The translations under genes and the position numbers were made by a program. A DNA stretch of 64,000 nt, from assembly GCA_964016885.1 (NCBI GenBank), contig OZ024745.1, positions 110,484,001 through 110,548,000 on the forward strand. The letters are read 5' to 3'. Positions 1 through 13,052 of the stretch are shown piece after piece (within the stretch, counting starts at the first letter, position 1; every line of letters begins with the position of its first letter). The stretch comes from Eledone cirrhosa. Lineage: Eukaryota. The notes beneath the pieces were generated by a model. That model was not told the DNA's origin. It saw nothing but the letters and a program-made list of their open reading frames with translations, and made no database searches.

Positions 1-914
1 TATATATGAGGCAATGATAAGATATCAGATGTTTACTGCTACTAAATCATAAAGATTTTCAATTTTTGTCTATTTTAAAAGGGAATGTGAGCAAGGTTCG
101 TTAAATTACTGATTTATGAAGTACTTCTAAATTTGCTTGAAGACATATTTTTTGTCACTTTTTTATTTATGCAGTATGTTTCATAATTCATGCATTTCTG
201 ATTAATTAACCAGTAAGAAATAATTATTAGTTATGGTGCAAATTTGCATATTTATTAGAATTTATATTAATTTGGCTCATATCAAAAAGAAACAAGTAAT
301 TGAAGTCTACAAGAAGAATCATTGCTTAAAAAAATAAATATATAACAAAATAAACCTAAAACAAAACAAAATAATAACTAATAAGAGTTATTTATCTGGA
401 AAATGTAAAAAGACGAAGAAAATAAATTTTTGAAAGAATAGATATTTTGAAGTAAAAAGAAAGAGTATAATATGAGAGAGAGTGAGAGAGAGTGAGAGAG
501 AGTGAAAAAGTGACAAATAATAGAAAGAGAGCCCCAAGTTGTTTGAGAAAAGAAGAAAATATTAAGATGAAAAAAAGTGTAAACTATAAATGAGAAATGA
601 TTGGAAGAGTGAGAAAATGAGTGGAAACGAAATAAATATAGATTGAGAGAAAGTAAAGACAAAGTCGGAGTCAGATACAGAGAAAGAAAGAGTCATAGAT
701 GCAGGAATCATGACTCAAGCCATAGAGGTGGCTTTATGTAATCATTTGGCTTGCTAGAAATAGAAACCACATATCCCTCAAATCACACCCTACTATCTTT
801 AAAAAAGAATCACCAGATGTTATCCAGGCTGCCTTGTAAATAGAAAAAAATATAGGATGGTTACAACTAGAATGCCTTTAATCCTAGCTCTACTCAATCA
901 GGATTTAGTTTGGG

Positions 915-1130
915 TTAAGCCTTTAGCATTTACATTACACTATATTTACTATTGTATTTTCACAGTAAACACTTTATCTCACATAATATCGACTCTATGA
1001 GATTTTGATATTATTTATTTTGAGAACAATACCTTGACATCAGTATGAGCAGCAGGTAACCGCTGGTTTGAACAGAAAGAAGTGAGAGAGTTCTGGCCGG
1101 ATATGGCCAGTTTAAATGCTAAGGGGTTAA
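915..1130 (+). mobile_element. piggyBac-type MITE, family A, copy 1
   Basis: TTAA flanks. Ends (g)CCTTTAGCATTTA...TAAATGCTAAGGGG. Internal sequence shared with 5 other copies in the window. Confidence 0.8.
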
Positions 1131-1278
1131 ACAAAAGCATCAATAACCTGCAAGACCCCATGATGTACTCAATCGACCCTTCTGGTTTTGAGAACTAGCT
1201 CAATTTGTATTTCTTTCACTACTCTTCTTCCTCATCTACTAGTCTGACACAATTCAAAATCAACAACATTAACCTCAC

Positions 1279-1517
1279 CCAGGTATCTTAATCCTTCACT
1301 CAATGGAAGAATATGATGTCATGGGCATTGCTCCTTCTTTTCAAACAACAAAAAATGTATGTTCACATGTATTTATCAAATGTAGTTGTATATCATCCCT
1401 CTTGAACACTCAACTCTTGATGGAATCAAAGAAATGCCATCAACACATAGCAAGTCTTATGCATTTAAAACCTAATTGCACCCACTTTTACTTAGGTCTG
1501 ACCATAGCTAATTTCAC
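1279..1517 (-). other. candidate exon (terminal coding or non-coding) of an unidentified minus-strand transcript
   Basis: Long polypyrimidine acceptor (ttctttttctatctctccttttctcttgttctctctAG) and TGG|GTGAGG donor. All three frames stop within 10 codons. Confidence 0.3.
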
Positions 1518-1656
1518 CTAGAGAGAACAAGAGAAAAGGAGAGATAGAAAAAGAATTAACCTGACCTTACTTTATTAAAACTTAAGTGATGAAAGGTAAA
1601 GCTGATCTCAGTTGTATATATAGAAACACTGGTACAGAAGTACAAGAATATATACA

Positions 1657-1755
1657 CAGGGTGTCCACAAAAAATGTATACACACTTCAAAAGCATTCTA
1701 ATAAATATTGCCTGTACAGGTAATCAAAGTGTGTATACATTTTTGGGACACCCTG
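1657..1755. mobile_element. Tc1/mariner-like MITE
   Basis: ~30-bp TIRs CAGGGTGTCCACAAAAAATGTATACACACTT / AAGTGTGTATACATTTTTGGGACACCCTG around a ~40-bp core. Confidence 0.8.
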
Positions 1756-1869
1756 TGGATATATATTATAATCCATGCAATGATTATTTTTCAAGGAGAC
1801 TGTAACTCAAAGAAAGGACATGATACATGTATGTTGAGATTGTGTGTGTGTGTGCCATTGTTAGTACTC

Positions 1870-2370
1870 TGCTATATTTGACAATACAACTGCTACTACT
1901 CCCTCTGTTAGCAACAAAGTTATTTTTGCTCTGAATAGAGGGTAGATTATATGATGCCAGCAAATGAATTACAATTTTGCATGGTAGTATGACATGGCAT
2001 GGGCATTGAATACAGAGGATGTGCAAAGGTTAGAAAAAGTGTAGCTCACTGGGTTTGTAATGTTAGTGTGCATGAACAATGAAGCAAAGATGAGTTGATG
2101 GTAAACCCGGCCATAAGAACAATCAGTTGTAGTATGCAAGTACAAAAATGTGCTACATATGGAAGATGGTCATTGGGTGAAGAAGGGCCAAGACTTTCTG
2201 GAGGAAGCAAGCTGGAAAAGAGAAAGGCCAAGCGAACCCTGAGAGCTGATGTTAAGATAATGAACCTCACAAAGTAGATGATGAAGGAATATGACAAGTG
2301 GAGGAAAGGTGTGCAAGTATGGGAAGGCAAATGCAAAAATGATGAGGAGGATGAGGAGGATGAGGAGTTG
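1870..2370 (+). mobile_element. degenerate RTE LINE 3' fragment
   Basis: Remnant LHGS-TWAL..EDV.RLEK..WVCNVSVHEQ-like coding, similar to 31.0-31.6 kb and 59.4-59.9 kb. Ends in GAT/GAG repeats. Confidence 0.6.
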
Positions 2371-3179
2371 AATATAATCTTGTAAGTCAGATAATTCTTC
2401 TTTACCTAAACACAGCTGCCTTTTGTTTACATCTCTGATTCAAAATTCAGAATTGGTGTAAGTCAATCAGCAAACCAGAAGTTGAATTACAAAATCTCAA
2501 GCTGCAAAACATCTGCCAATTTGGTCTGACACACTTAGAAAAAAGTTATTAATATATTTTACAATCCATAAGTTAAACACTTCAATACTGCATCAGTTTA
2601 TTCAATATATGAATGTGTGTGTATATATATATACACATTCTTTTAATATATAAACTAAGAAAGAAAAAGAAAGTGTGAGGTACAATATAAGCCTATATCT
2701 CTAGTAGTAGTACCATTATGTATTCGTTTTAACTAATTTCTCCTTTCCTGCATGCGTGTGCGTGCGTGTGCGTGTGCTGAATGTGTCTATATAGACCAAG
2801 TCAGTACTGAAGCATGAGTATTGACCTCTCAGACAGGATGGGGAGTCTGCATCTCATTTACCCCTCCTGCTGGATCCACTCCTTTCAATATGAAAAGGCA
2901 GCCACCACCTTCATCCTCGTTCACCCATACCAACATAAAGATAGATACACCCAAAGCCCCCCATACCAACATGGAAAAACAGAAACGGAATGTATGAACT
3001 AGACATGGCCTCATGTCCAGCCTCATCTCAAAGTCTGACAGGAGGATGTAGGAAATAGATGTTTAACAATGATGAGTAAGTACTCCACCACCCATCCAGC
3101 TCTGCTTTCCACACCATTCAAACAATTCTCTTGTACAACCCAAGCATATATGCATAGAAAGCTGGACATACACCACACC

Positions 3180-3614
3180 TGCTGCCATGAAAAAGAACAT
3201 CCAATCCACCCTATATGGTGATAATGCTGGTGCCACAACTAAAGCACCTAGTGCACTCTGTAAGGTGGTCATGCCGGTACCACAACAAAGCACCCAGCCC
3301 ACCCTGTTAGGTGGTTGTGCTGATACCATGAATGAGAAAGCACCCAGTCCACCTTATTAGGTGATTGTTCTGGTACCACAATGAGAAAGCACCCTCTCCA
3401 CCCTGTTAGGTGGCCATTCGGGTGACATGATAAAAAGCACCCAGTCGATTCTATAATGTGGTTGTCATTAGTAAGAACAACCAGTCATAGAACCAAGTTG
3501 AGATCTGTATGAGCAGGACATGGTCACCCGACCCGACTAGTGTCATAACATGATAACCTGTCTAATCCATACAAGCATGGAAAATAGACATTAAGTGGTG
3601 ATGATGATGATGAT
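3180..3614 (+). mobile_element. headless RTE-tailed SINE-like element with expanded internal ~37-40-bp repeat
   Basis: Several AAAGCACCCAG..CACCCTGTTAGGTGG units, then CTAATCCATACAAGCATGGAAAA..(TGA)n tail. Confidence 0.7.
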
Positions 3615-4466
3615 ATAAACAATAGTATGCTTTTTCAGGCTATTCTCTCTGATAAAGCAAGACATTTCACTGCAGGCCCCACAGCAATGTTCATACACAT
3701 CAAGAAGTGTATTTTTCAAAGCACTGTTTTATGCATGGATGTCCCCTCAGTTGCTTTTTACAGCATTCAAAGAAATGGTGTACTTATTCTAGACAGGATA
3801 CACATAGCATTTAAGGAAATATGTACATATATAAACTATGTACAAAATATTAGATTTCAGAAGGAAGTCTAACTTAAAATGTTATGAAACCTAAATGGAT
3901 AGAATTTATTGCTCGATTCATATTTTTTACATCTATTCTTTTTTTTTTTCTATCTTGAAGAAAAAGAATATCTAGATATTTTCATGAATCAATAGTTAAT
4001 ATAGATATTTTGAAACTGGATATATTTCCTTGTATGAACAATAGAAAGAATAGGAGTGTTGTCTAGAAATATCATAATGAATGATATTCTGGCTAAAATA
4101 CTTTGAACTTCTAGCCATGAATTCATCGATACCAAACTGACTGAAACTGACCCTGGTTCTATAATATTTATCGAAAAACCTTCTATCAACCTTTGTTAAG
4201 TTATGATCCAAACACTAACTTAGTAATTACTAAAACACTCCAAATTTTTGATTATTTTCAAAATTCTTTCATAAAATAATATGCAGTACCTTCCTTCAGA
4301 AATATAGTATGAAAAGATTAATTACTCAGCTAAGGTATATTTAAAATGTACTTTTCTAAACTAGATTAAGTATTGCATATCTTCTTTTTTAACTTATATG
4401 TTATTCCTACATATTTCATCAATGGCATCAATGCTGTAAATGTGCTTGCATATGGCTGATTATGGT

Positions 4467-4875
4467 GAAGGCACATGGCTTAGTGGTTAGAGCATGAGGT
4501 TGTGAGCTTGATTCCTGGACTGGGCAATGTTTTGTGTCTTTAGCAAGACACTTTATTTCACTCAGCTGTAAAAATGAGATGATAGGACTAGGGTCCCTAT
4601 CATTCCACTGCAAAGTGGTCGTGGAGGTGCCATGGCAAAAAAGCACCCAGCCCACACTGAAAAGTGGACGTGTAGGCGCCACAGAAAAAAAGCACCCAGC
4701 ACTCACTGTAAATGAGGTTGGTGTTAGGAAGGGCATCCAACTGTAGAAATCAAGCCAGAATCAGTTCCCGTATGAGCAAGACAAGGTCAGCCGACCGGAC
4801 ACTGCCCACAACAGGACAACCCGTCTAACCCATGCTAGCATGGATGAACGGACATAAAACGGTGATGATGATGAT
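4467..4875 (+). mobile_element. tRNA-headed CORE-type SINE with RTE-derived body and tail (tail type 1)
   Basis: A-box TGGCTTAGTGG. CORE-like TGTGTCTTTAGCAAGACACTT..CTCAGCTGTAAAAATGAG. GGAAGGGCATCC motif. Tail CCATGCTAGCATGG..(TGA)n. Confidence 0.85.
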
Positions 4876-5252
4876 ATGTATATTGTGTGTATATTAGTTG
4901 TGACATTGTTGGTGCCAAGCTCTATCGGCCTTTGCCTTTCCCTTGGACAGCTGTTGGTCTTACACAAAAACACCTTGCCCAGACTTGTGCCGTGGAGGGG
5001 AACTTTCTGGGTGCAAATTCTATTGTCACTTGTGACCAAAGGAAATGTTTACCTTTTATGACTGATTGTGGGACTTAGTAATATACCTAACTTTATCATT
5101 AAGTTAGTGATGGGACCATAACTAAAATGTTCTTGCAGAAAATCATGATAGAAGGCTTTTAGATAGAAGGCTTTTAAATATAAACACTTTAAAATAGACA
5201 GTTTTGCAGCATAGAACTGAAGGCAGCTTCTGGTAGTTTGTTGTCAAAAGAG

Positions 5253-5481
5253 TTAACCCTTTAACATTTACATTACTTTATATTTACCATTATATTTTCA
5301 TGGTAAAGGCTTTACCTTACATAATTATCTCACATAATATCAAATCTATGAGATTTTGATATTATTTATTTTGAGAACAATACCTTAATGTCAGTGTGAG
5401 CGGTTGGTTACAGCCGGTTTGAACAGAAAGAGGTGAGAAAATTCTGGCCAGATACAGCCAGTTTAAATGCTAAAGGGTTAA
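5253..5481 (+). mobile_element. piggyBac-type MITE, family A, copy 2
   Basis: TTAA CCCTTTAACATTTA ... TAAATGCTAAAGGG TTAA. Sits at the terminal TTAA of a family B fragment (~5110-5256). Confidence 0.85.
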
Positions 5482-6439
5482 GGAACTGGTTTTGTCAGTC
5501 TTACAAAAATCATCATAGCATAATACTTTAAGCTTCTTTTGACATTCAAATTTCATTCATTTTTATTTAAGAACTGCATAGCCAGAATTCTAAGAATTGG
5601 TTTTGGCAGGGTGGAGACCCTAGATATGTAAGTCTGATTTATATACTATAAAGGCATGATGTTGACAAAGCTGACAAAATTGATAAGAATGCTTGCCAGT
5701 AAGTCAATGAGTTAAAGGTTCATATTATTAAACTCAAACACTATTCCAGTTGTTTTTTGAAAGGATTGCTAAGCCTACATTATCTAATGTGTCTTCTTTT
5801 TATAATAGGTGGACTTTGAGGAAGATTTACCTACATTTTTTTTACTAGATCAAGCGACCACAGTAAGGCTTTTTCATTGGTAATTTTAGCAACTATTGTG
5901 GTATTGATGTCAGCATAATATTATATCCTTTTTCCAGGCTGGCATAGGTTGGAGGTGGCCTCATGGTCCAAGACAGGACTGGTAAATAAAACCATATCTT
6001 GCTCATACTTTCCATATTTGGTTTGGTTTCTATGGCTGGATGCTCTTCCTAATGCCAATCACTTTACAACGTGAGTGTACTGGGTGCATTTTATGATAGC
6101 ACTGGCATTAATGCACTACACAATATACAGGGTACATTTTATCATATCACCAGCACTAGAGAGGTTATCATGTACTCAGCAAAACTGAAAAGTCCTTTCT
6201 ACTCCATACTTTTTCTCTTCGATCCCCAACCACTTTACAGAGAGCAGTGGGTGCATTTTATAGTGGTACCAGCTTTAGAGAAGTTGTCAAGTTCTTTATA
6301 TGACCAAAGAGTTCTTTCTACCCTATGTTTTCTTTGTTTTATTTCCTCCAAATTGTTATAGCTTTGTTTCAGAATTTAGTACAATCTATATAAAGGTTTA
6401 ATAATGGCACTTACATTGTATGTATAGACCTGTAGCTTC

Positions 6440-7062
6440 TGATGGAGTTGTAGGGGTGCATTTGTAACATACAGCAGGTCTTGAACATTTTAAACCTACT
6501 GAAGCCTATCCTTCTCTAGGTATGAAAACAGTTGATTTCTTCCAGAGAAGGAGAGTGGGATAGGGTAAGTGAGAAAGAGAGAGAGGACAGGAAAAAGTGA
6601 TGTGTGGAAAGAATTGACTCCAGTACTGGACTGATAGTTCTTTTATTTGACTTAGAAAGGATGAAAGGCAAAGCTGAACTCAGTGGGATTTGAACTCAGT
6701 GGGATTTGAACTCAGAGTGCAGAGAATCCTCATCATCATCATCATCACCGTTTTACGTCCGTTCTTCCACGCTAGCATGGGTTAGACGGGTTGTTCTGTT
6801 GTGGGCAGTGTCTGGTCGGCTGACCATGCCTTGCTCATACAGGAACTGATTTGGCTTGATTTCTACAGCTGGATGCTCTTCCTAACACCAACCTCATTTA
6901 CAGTGAGTGCTGGGTGCTTTTTCATGGCGCCTACACGTCCACTTTACAGTGTGGGCTGGGTGCTTTTTTGCCGTGGCACCTTCACGGCCACCTTGCGGTG
7001 GGGGGTGTGGCAGAATAGATATGAATACCACAAAGCATTGTATCTGATGTTCCAACAACTCT
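6440..7062 (-). mobile_element. Meta/MESC-type SINE with (TC)n linker and long distinct 3' tail, interrupted by another element
   Basis: Head resumes at 7011-7062. Core CTGAGTTCAAATCC..TTTGCCTTTCATCC at 6650-6720. Tail shared with 10955, 33140 and 48135. Confidence 0.65.
6730..7010 (-). mobile_element. headless RTE-bipartite element (tail type 1)
   Basis: Same body and tail as the SINE at 4467, but starts at CCACACCCCCCACCGCAAGG with no tRNA/CORE head. Nested in the previous SINE. Confidence 0.8.
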
Positions 7063-7508
7063 ACCAATTCACTGCCTTGCTACTCAAAATGTTTACTGTT
7101 AAAAAGTCAACTCTAACAAGACACTAAATTTTATAATTTTACTCAATGTAAAAATCAAATTAATAGAAATGTATAAATTCCATTCAGTTTAGATTAAGCT
7201 CCATGTCAAAACAATTTAGTCACTCTCCTATTTTAGGAAACACCTCAGTTAATCATTTCTTAATTTAATCATATAAAAAGAACCAGATATTATTAATCTA
7301 TTAATCTTCAATTAAAGACATTCGTTGTTCTAAATAAGAAATATGTTATAAACATTTATAGCAAAATCTATAGATACAAATAGATAGCATGCAGTAACTG
7401 ATGATAAGTAGAAAGAATTTATACAATGAATTGTCTTGACAATTTATGCAATTAATATTAGACTAAGATTTTCAATATTTTAGTTAGAAATATTAATTTA
7501 GTACTTAC

Positions 7509-7761
7509 ACATAGAGCCTATGAGAGGAGGAGTGGGTGCAGGATGGTGGACATCATATCTTGACTGAGAATTTCTTGGGATACCAGAAAATGTTTTCATA
7601 CACTGAAAACTAGCATTCAGAGAAGGGATGAGAGACTCAAAAGAAATTTTACACTCCTTGATATAATTCCTCTCAGAAGCCCAGTTCACTTCATTGAGTT
7701 TGTATTCCAGATTCATAACCATATATCTATTGATTACTGAGGGATTCCATTGCCAATTATA
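7509..7761 (-). CDS. candidate 253-nt coding exon, unidentified protein (YNWQWNPSVINRYMVMNLEYKLNEVNWASERNYIKECK...HHPAPTPPLIGSM)
   Basis: Acceptor ttctctttAG, donor T|GTAAGT, 84 open codons of normal complexity in unique sequence. No recognisable family. Confidence 0.4.
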
Positions 7762-8152
7762 CTAAAGAGAACTTGCTATTACATCTCCTTAAAATAAATA
7801 TTGTAATTTGGGTGCTTGATGTAATCTGTTGCCCAATATAACATTACCATCTGATCCTAAGGTGTCTTTAGCAGAGTCTACTCTGTTGCAAGCATTCGGT
7901 TCAGATCTTTGGAATGAGGATACCTTACCCCTCTTTTCCACCAGTCACAGAATCCCTAAAAAATGGTGATGGGCGCTGCTTTTCCATCCTTGATTAAACA
8001 GTAACAAAAGAAATTGATAGAATAGCCTATTCTGGTAGGATTAAGTGTTTGACAGATTATCTTAAGTTGATAGACTATTAACCATTTCATTAACATGAAA
8101 TACACTGTATTCAAATTAAGGAAACATTTCAAGGAACATACTAAAATGGTTA

Positions 8153-8448
8153 ATTTGGCAGTATTGGTAGAACATCAGACAACATGCTTTGTGGCATATA
8201 GTTATGTCTCTTTACATTTAAGTTCTTTGTTCAATTTCTGCCAAGGTTAGCTTTGCCTTTCATCCTTATGAGATAAAAAAAAAAATAAAGTACCAGTAAT
8301 GTAATGGGTCGATTTAATTGATTTTCCCCTCTACCAAAATTGTTGGCCTTGTGACTAAATCAGACACCATTACAGGATCAATAAAATAAAGTACCAGTAA
8401 TGCACTGGGTAATTGCTGGCCTTGTGCCTAAAGTAGAAACAATTATTA
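8153..8448 (+). mobile_element. Meta/MESC-type tRNA SINE with duplicated 3' half
   Basis: TGGCAGTATTGG A-box, TTTGCCTTTCATCC core, GGCCTTGTG..AGAAACAATTATT tail present twice. Confidence 0.75.
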
Positions 8449-9003
8449 AAATAGTATTTATAAAATAATTTCACAAAAGATTCTTATATAAAATTATGTT
8501 AGGAGGTTTTAATTTAAATAGGAACACTTTAAAATGGGTGGTTTTGTTCCATAGAGCTAGAGAAGGTTTGGGGCAGATTGGTATTAAAAGGGATAAAATA
8601 GCAAAAACAAATAATATCTAATTTAGGGAGATGAAATAGTAAGGAGTCGTTTGTATGCAGTTTACCAACAAGCAATAGATACATGATCTTGGTTCCATTA
8701 CTAAGACTATTTCTATTTTCTAGCCAAAATTACATTTGTAGTGTCTGATATCACTTATATTAAAAACTCTGCAGTTAATTTAAAGTATAAAGTACTGTTG
8801 AACACTACGTAGGTTCCCTACTGGGAGCTGAATGGATGATGAATTATCGGTAAAACAAATTGGATACTTGCGCAAGTAGATATATTAGGTTATACGAGTA
8901 ACATTTATAGTGCTTAATTTAGTACAGCTGTTCTGTAGTGTAATTTGTAACATGACCATTCGACAAGTGATAAATACATGCCTTGTGCCCCACAAGTCAT
9001 GCT

Positions 9004-9198
9004 GAGGGCCGGATTAAGTCCTTTTGAAGCCCTTTGCCCTTAAAGGATTATAGTGCCCTGCCCCATTCCATATATAAAAACTACAAAAATATGTTTCTTT
9101 GGAATGAGAAATACATTTAATTTGAATAAAATGGTGCTCCTCTTTTCTTAATGTCCTAAACATGTGCTTCTTTGTATGAAATGGTTAATGAAGCCCTG
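9004..9198. mobile_element. degenerate hAT-like MITE
   Basis: Imperfect TIRs GAGGGCCGGATTAA / TTAATGAAGCCCTG. Confidence 0.5.
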
Positions 9199-9941
9199 AA
9201 TGGGTTTGTTTAATTTCTATCCAAAATCATTACCTAGGATGTCATAAATAATTTCTGTTAAAATCTCAGCCATAAATTATTAATTTATTATGTGAGTGCA
9301 ATTGGGTAAACAGAAATTGTGTGGAAGCCCATCAGATGGATTTCCCCTATTCTTGAGTGGTAGGCTTTATCCTTCATCTAGTTTAACATCCCTATTTGGG
9401 TGCTTTTAGCAGAGCAACTTAACCAGGTCTATGGTATCAGAATAGCTGATCCCTTTCCATTAACTGTTTCAGGAGACCCTGAAAAAGGTCATGGGTGGTA
9501 CTCTTCTATCCTTGGTTGAACTATAAATAAATGTGTATATGTCATCATCATTATAATCATAGTTTTAGTGTTGTTTTTGATTGCTAGCAAGGTTTAGATA
9601 TATCCTATTCAGCTTTCATTCCACTACCTTTTACTCTCTTACTAAGGGTGGTGGTATGATGTAATCATACTTCAGAAATATACCTTCCCCTCTTACAATG
9701 CACCTACTTAGTGGGTGGTTTCTAAACACTAAATAAATAAAGAGTACTCAAACATCACTACCCTAATGATATGTGCCTAGACTGTGTGGGTGAGCACAAC
9801 CAGAAACATCAACCCTGTTCCTCCATCAATAATGTGATGTCAAACTAATGATGATGATGATGACAACTACAATGACAAGAATGGTGATAACTTGAAACTT
9901 TGAAAGTAGAAAGGTAGATAGATAGCTTTCATAGATAGATA

Positions 9942-10563
9942 AATGTCTTTATTAGCCACAAGGGCACAAAAGAAGGGGACAAATACAAATGGGGAGTTTA
10001 CATACAGGTATATGAAAATAAAACTATTAATAAAATAACAAATAACAATTGAAATCCCCAATAGGGGGGAGGCGTTACACAGGGGTTGTACACACCCCGA
10101 AAAAAATGTGCAACCCTCATCTCCAGGAGCACCAAGAGTGAGTACTCCCTTCCTCTCTTCCTCTTTTTCCTCAACCTACAGGCTTATATAGAGAGAAGGC
10201 CCAACCACTCGGGCCATCTTTGCCACATTCACCCACCTTTTATAAAATTTGCTGGGGTACAGCACCTCTCTCTCCATCCTGATTCTTCTTCCAAAATGAT
10301 ATTTGAAAAAAACGAATCAGTTGCTCGCCGGAGAGAAAGGTGTCTGACCTCAGCCCTTTTAATCTCGTCCACCATATAACCTCTTTCACCATAGCCATAA
10401 CACATAGGAAAACCACCTCTCCCTCGTTTTTGAAGGAGGGTGGCGGTTTGATCATGACAATGGACTCAGTGGTCAACCGGATTGGTCCCACCCGCGACAA
10501 TAGTCATTCTACATAGCTCCACAGGTCGGTAACGCCCGGGCAGTGCACAAATGCGTGCGCGAC
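9942..10563 (-). mobile_element. 5'-truncated L1/Tx1-clade LINE 3' end
   Basis: ORF2 C-terminus ESVAHAFVHCPGVTDLW...KEVIWWTR, 3' UTR with AATAAA, 17-bp TSD GCTTTCATAGATAGATA (9925-9941 and 10564-10580). Confidence 0.85.
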
Positions 10564-12778
10564 GCTTTCATAGATAGATAGATACATTGGTAGGAAGCTA
10601 TGTAAATAGGCAAGTATGTATGTAAACAGGTATCTTATTTAACAATAAGTTGTTTAAAAAAAGTTGGTACAAACAAATAATATAGCGTCGTGTACAATTA
10701 GGTAATGGTGATTGACAGAGAATAAAAAATAAAAGAATAGAAATAAACACTTGTACATAAAAAAACTTAGGCATTTAGAATTAGACAATATGAAATGTAA
10801 TGTTCTTTGCCTAAGTTATCTTCCAGAACATTCCTCTTTCAAGTATTTCACAAATACTATAAAGTGCAGTAAGAAAGAAGTTAAAATAGCATAAAAATGC
10901 TAATAGTAAAATGTTGATACTGTTGTAAAGTAAAGTAAAGAGCCCTTAACTCTTGATTGAGTTGTAGGGACACCATCTTGACAGATTTGGGTATTTTAAA
11001 CCTGGCAGAGCCTATCCCTCTCCAGGTTGGAACACAGCTGATTTCCTCCAGGGAAAGAAAAAGAGAGAGAGGAAGAGATAAAAAAAGAGAGGACGGACCA
11101 ATCTAATACTGGACTGGTACTTTATTTATCAACCATGAAAAGATGAAAGGCAAAGTTGACCACAGCAAGATTTGAACTTAGCGAACAGTGAGGTATTTTT
11201 AATCTGATACACTAAAAATTTGCCAATTCTCTTTGACGCTGTTGGGAAACATCAAGTATTTCAAAAACTATTGAGTTGGAATCATGAATGCTGGAAGCTT
11301 AGTTTTAGAAATGAGGATTTAGTCTTGGTTCTGGAAAAAGATAAATCCACCTAAAATGTTGAAGTACCTAGAAGTAAAAACGCAATGGATTCTCTGCTGA
11401 TTTCAATCATGTGTATTTTGTTCATCAGCCAAACATGAATTTAATGTGCAAGTGGTTGAGTATTCCACAAACATATGTACCCTTAACTCTTTGAATACCA
11501 TATCTCTAATGAAAGACACTGCATAGGATTTTGAAATAATTTTGAAGAGATTTAGTAATATTTTACTAAATCGTTATTAAGCTGGTGTTTGGAGCATAAC
11601 CTAACAAAGAGAAACATCTAAATGCTAAAACTAATAGCTAAAACCATACTGTAAGAAAAAAACCATACTGTAAGAAACCATACTGTAAGAAAAACCATAC
11701 TGTAAGAAAAAAAAAACAGGAAAGCTATATTGCCAGTGATATATTTTGCATGAATGTAAGGGGGCAAGCAATCCAAGTCTATCATTGAATACAAACAATT
11801 AATTTTATTTTATTATAAATCTCATTATTATAGTCGATTGGCAGTATCAGTAGAGCATCAGACACCATGCTTTGCAGCATAGAACTATGTCCTTTTACAT
11901 TCTGAGTTCAAATCTCTCCAGGGTTAACTTTGTCTTTCATCCTTACAGGGTGGATAAAATAAAGTACCAATAATGTACTGGGATCAACTTAATCAAATTT
12001 CCCCTCCACCAAAATCGATGGCCTTGTGCCATTATTATGGCAGAGAAATGTGGTTGGTTGGCATTATCATAAAGGTATTTAGTTATGACTTTCTACATAC
12101 TTAGTTCAAATCCTACCAATGTCAACATTCCTTTCAATAAAATAAAGTACCATTTAAATACTGGGGTTGATATATTTGACTTCCCCTTTATCCTAATTGC
12201 TGGCTTCGTGCCAATGTTAGGAAAACTTATTATGGCAGACAGCTGAAAAGATGGTACATACATGCTATACATACCTTTCTTCAATTATTTGGTTTTGATT
12301 TTTGATATTGTATGCTTTGCCTCAGGACATTGCATAATATACTTCTAAATACATTGTGCCATAGAAAAGATAGGATGGTCACATCTGGAATACCAGTCAA
12401 ACAATGGAAAGTTGACGAAGAAAAACAAGCTTACTAGCAAATCATTATTGAGAATGAGAAACATTTTGAGGAAATATTTCAAGGTGATGACAGTGTAGAA
12501 AACAGACAGTTATAATTAAAATGAAATATACTAGAATATAATGTTTCTCTGGGGAATGTAGAAAAAGAAAATTCCAAAATGAATGCCAAAGAATATTCCA
12601 AATATATTCGTCATTTGTCAGGTTACCAAAAGCTTCAATATTACTCAGCTACTCAAAAATTATAAGCTATATTAACCCTTTTGTTATCATATTTTCAACA
12701 AAATACTATGTCCATTTACTTTGAAAATAATTAAGAATTTGAAGGAATTTACTGAAATAATGTTTTAATTATTACTGT

Positions 12779-13052
12779 GTGAATGGGCCAGCTTTAAGTA
12801 TCTGCCTATAGATTGGAGGAGGAAAACTGGGAGAGGGCTGTTGCCCTAGTGGTCAGGATGACTGTGGATTTCTATGGGCTTTCTCCATGTGTGACCCTTG
12901 AAGATCCTAACTCACTATTGGGCAATTTATTTTGTTTGAAATTTTACATGTTTTCTTTGTTTTTGTTAACTCTTTTTTACACACCAAAGCCCACACTGTA
13001 CCATCCTGAATGTTTTCTTAACGCGAGCTCTGCATGGTTAATAAAGAAATCG
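12779..13052 (+). mobile_element. LINE 3' end (L1/Tx1-like) inserted in a family B MITE
   Basis: T-rich 3' UTR, AATAAA near the end, 10-bp TSD TTATTACTGT (12769-12778 and 13053-13062). Confidence 0.6.

Noticed and set aside
4428-4746. Recurring MPFLTPTSFTVSAGCFF ORFs as a small gene family
   Set aside because: They are translations of the SINE body, recurring wherever the SINE occurs.
5572-5627. Plus-strand exon-like segment (tttAG...AT|GTAAGT)
   Set aside because: Only 56 nt with no compatible neighbours found; such matches are frequent by chance in AT-rich DNA.
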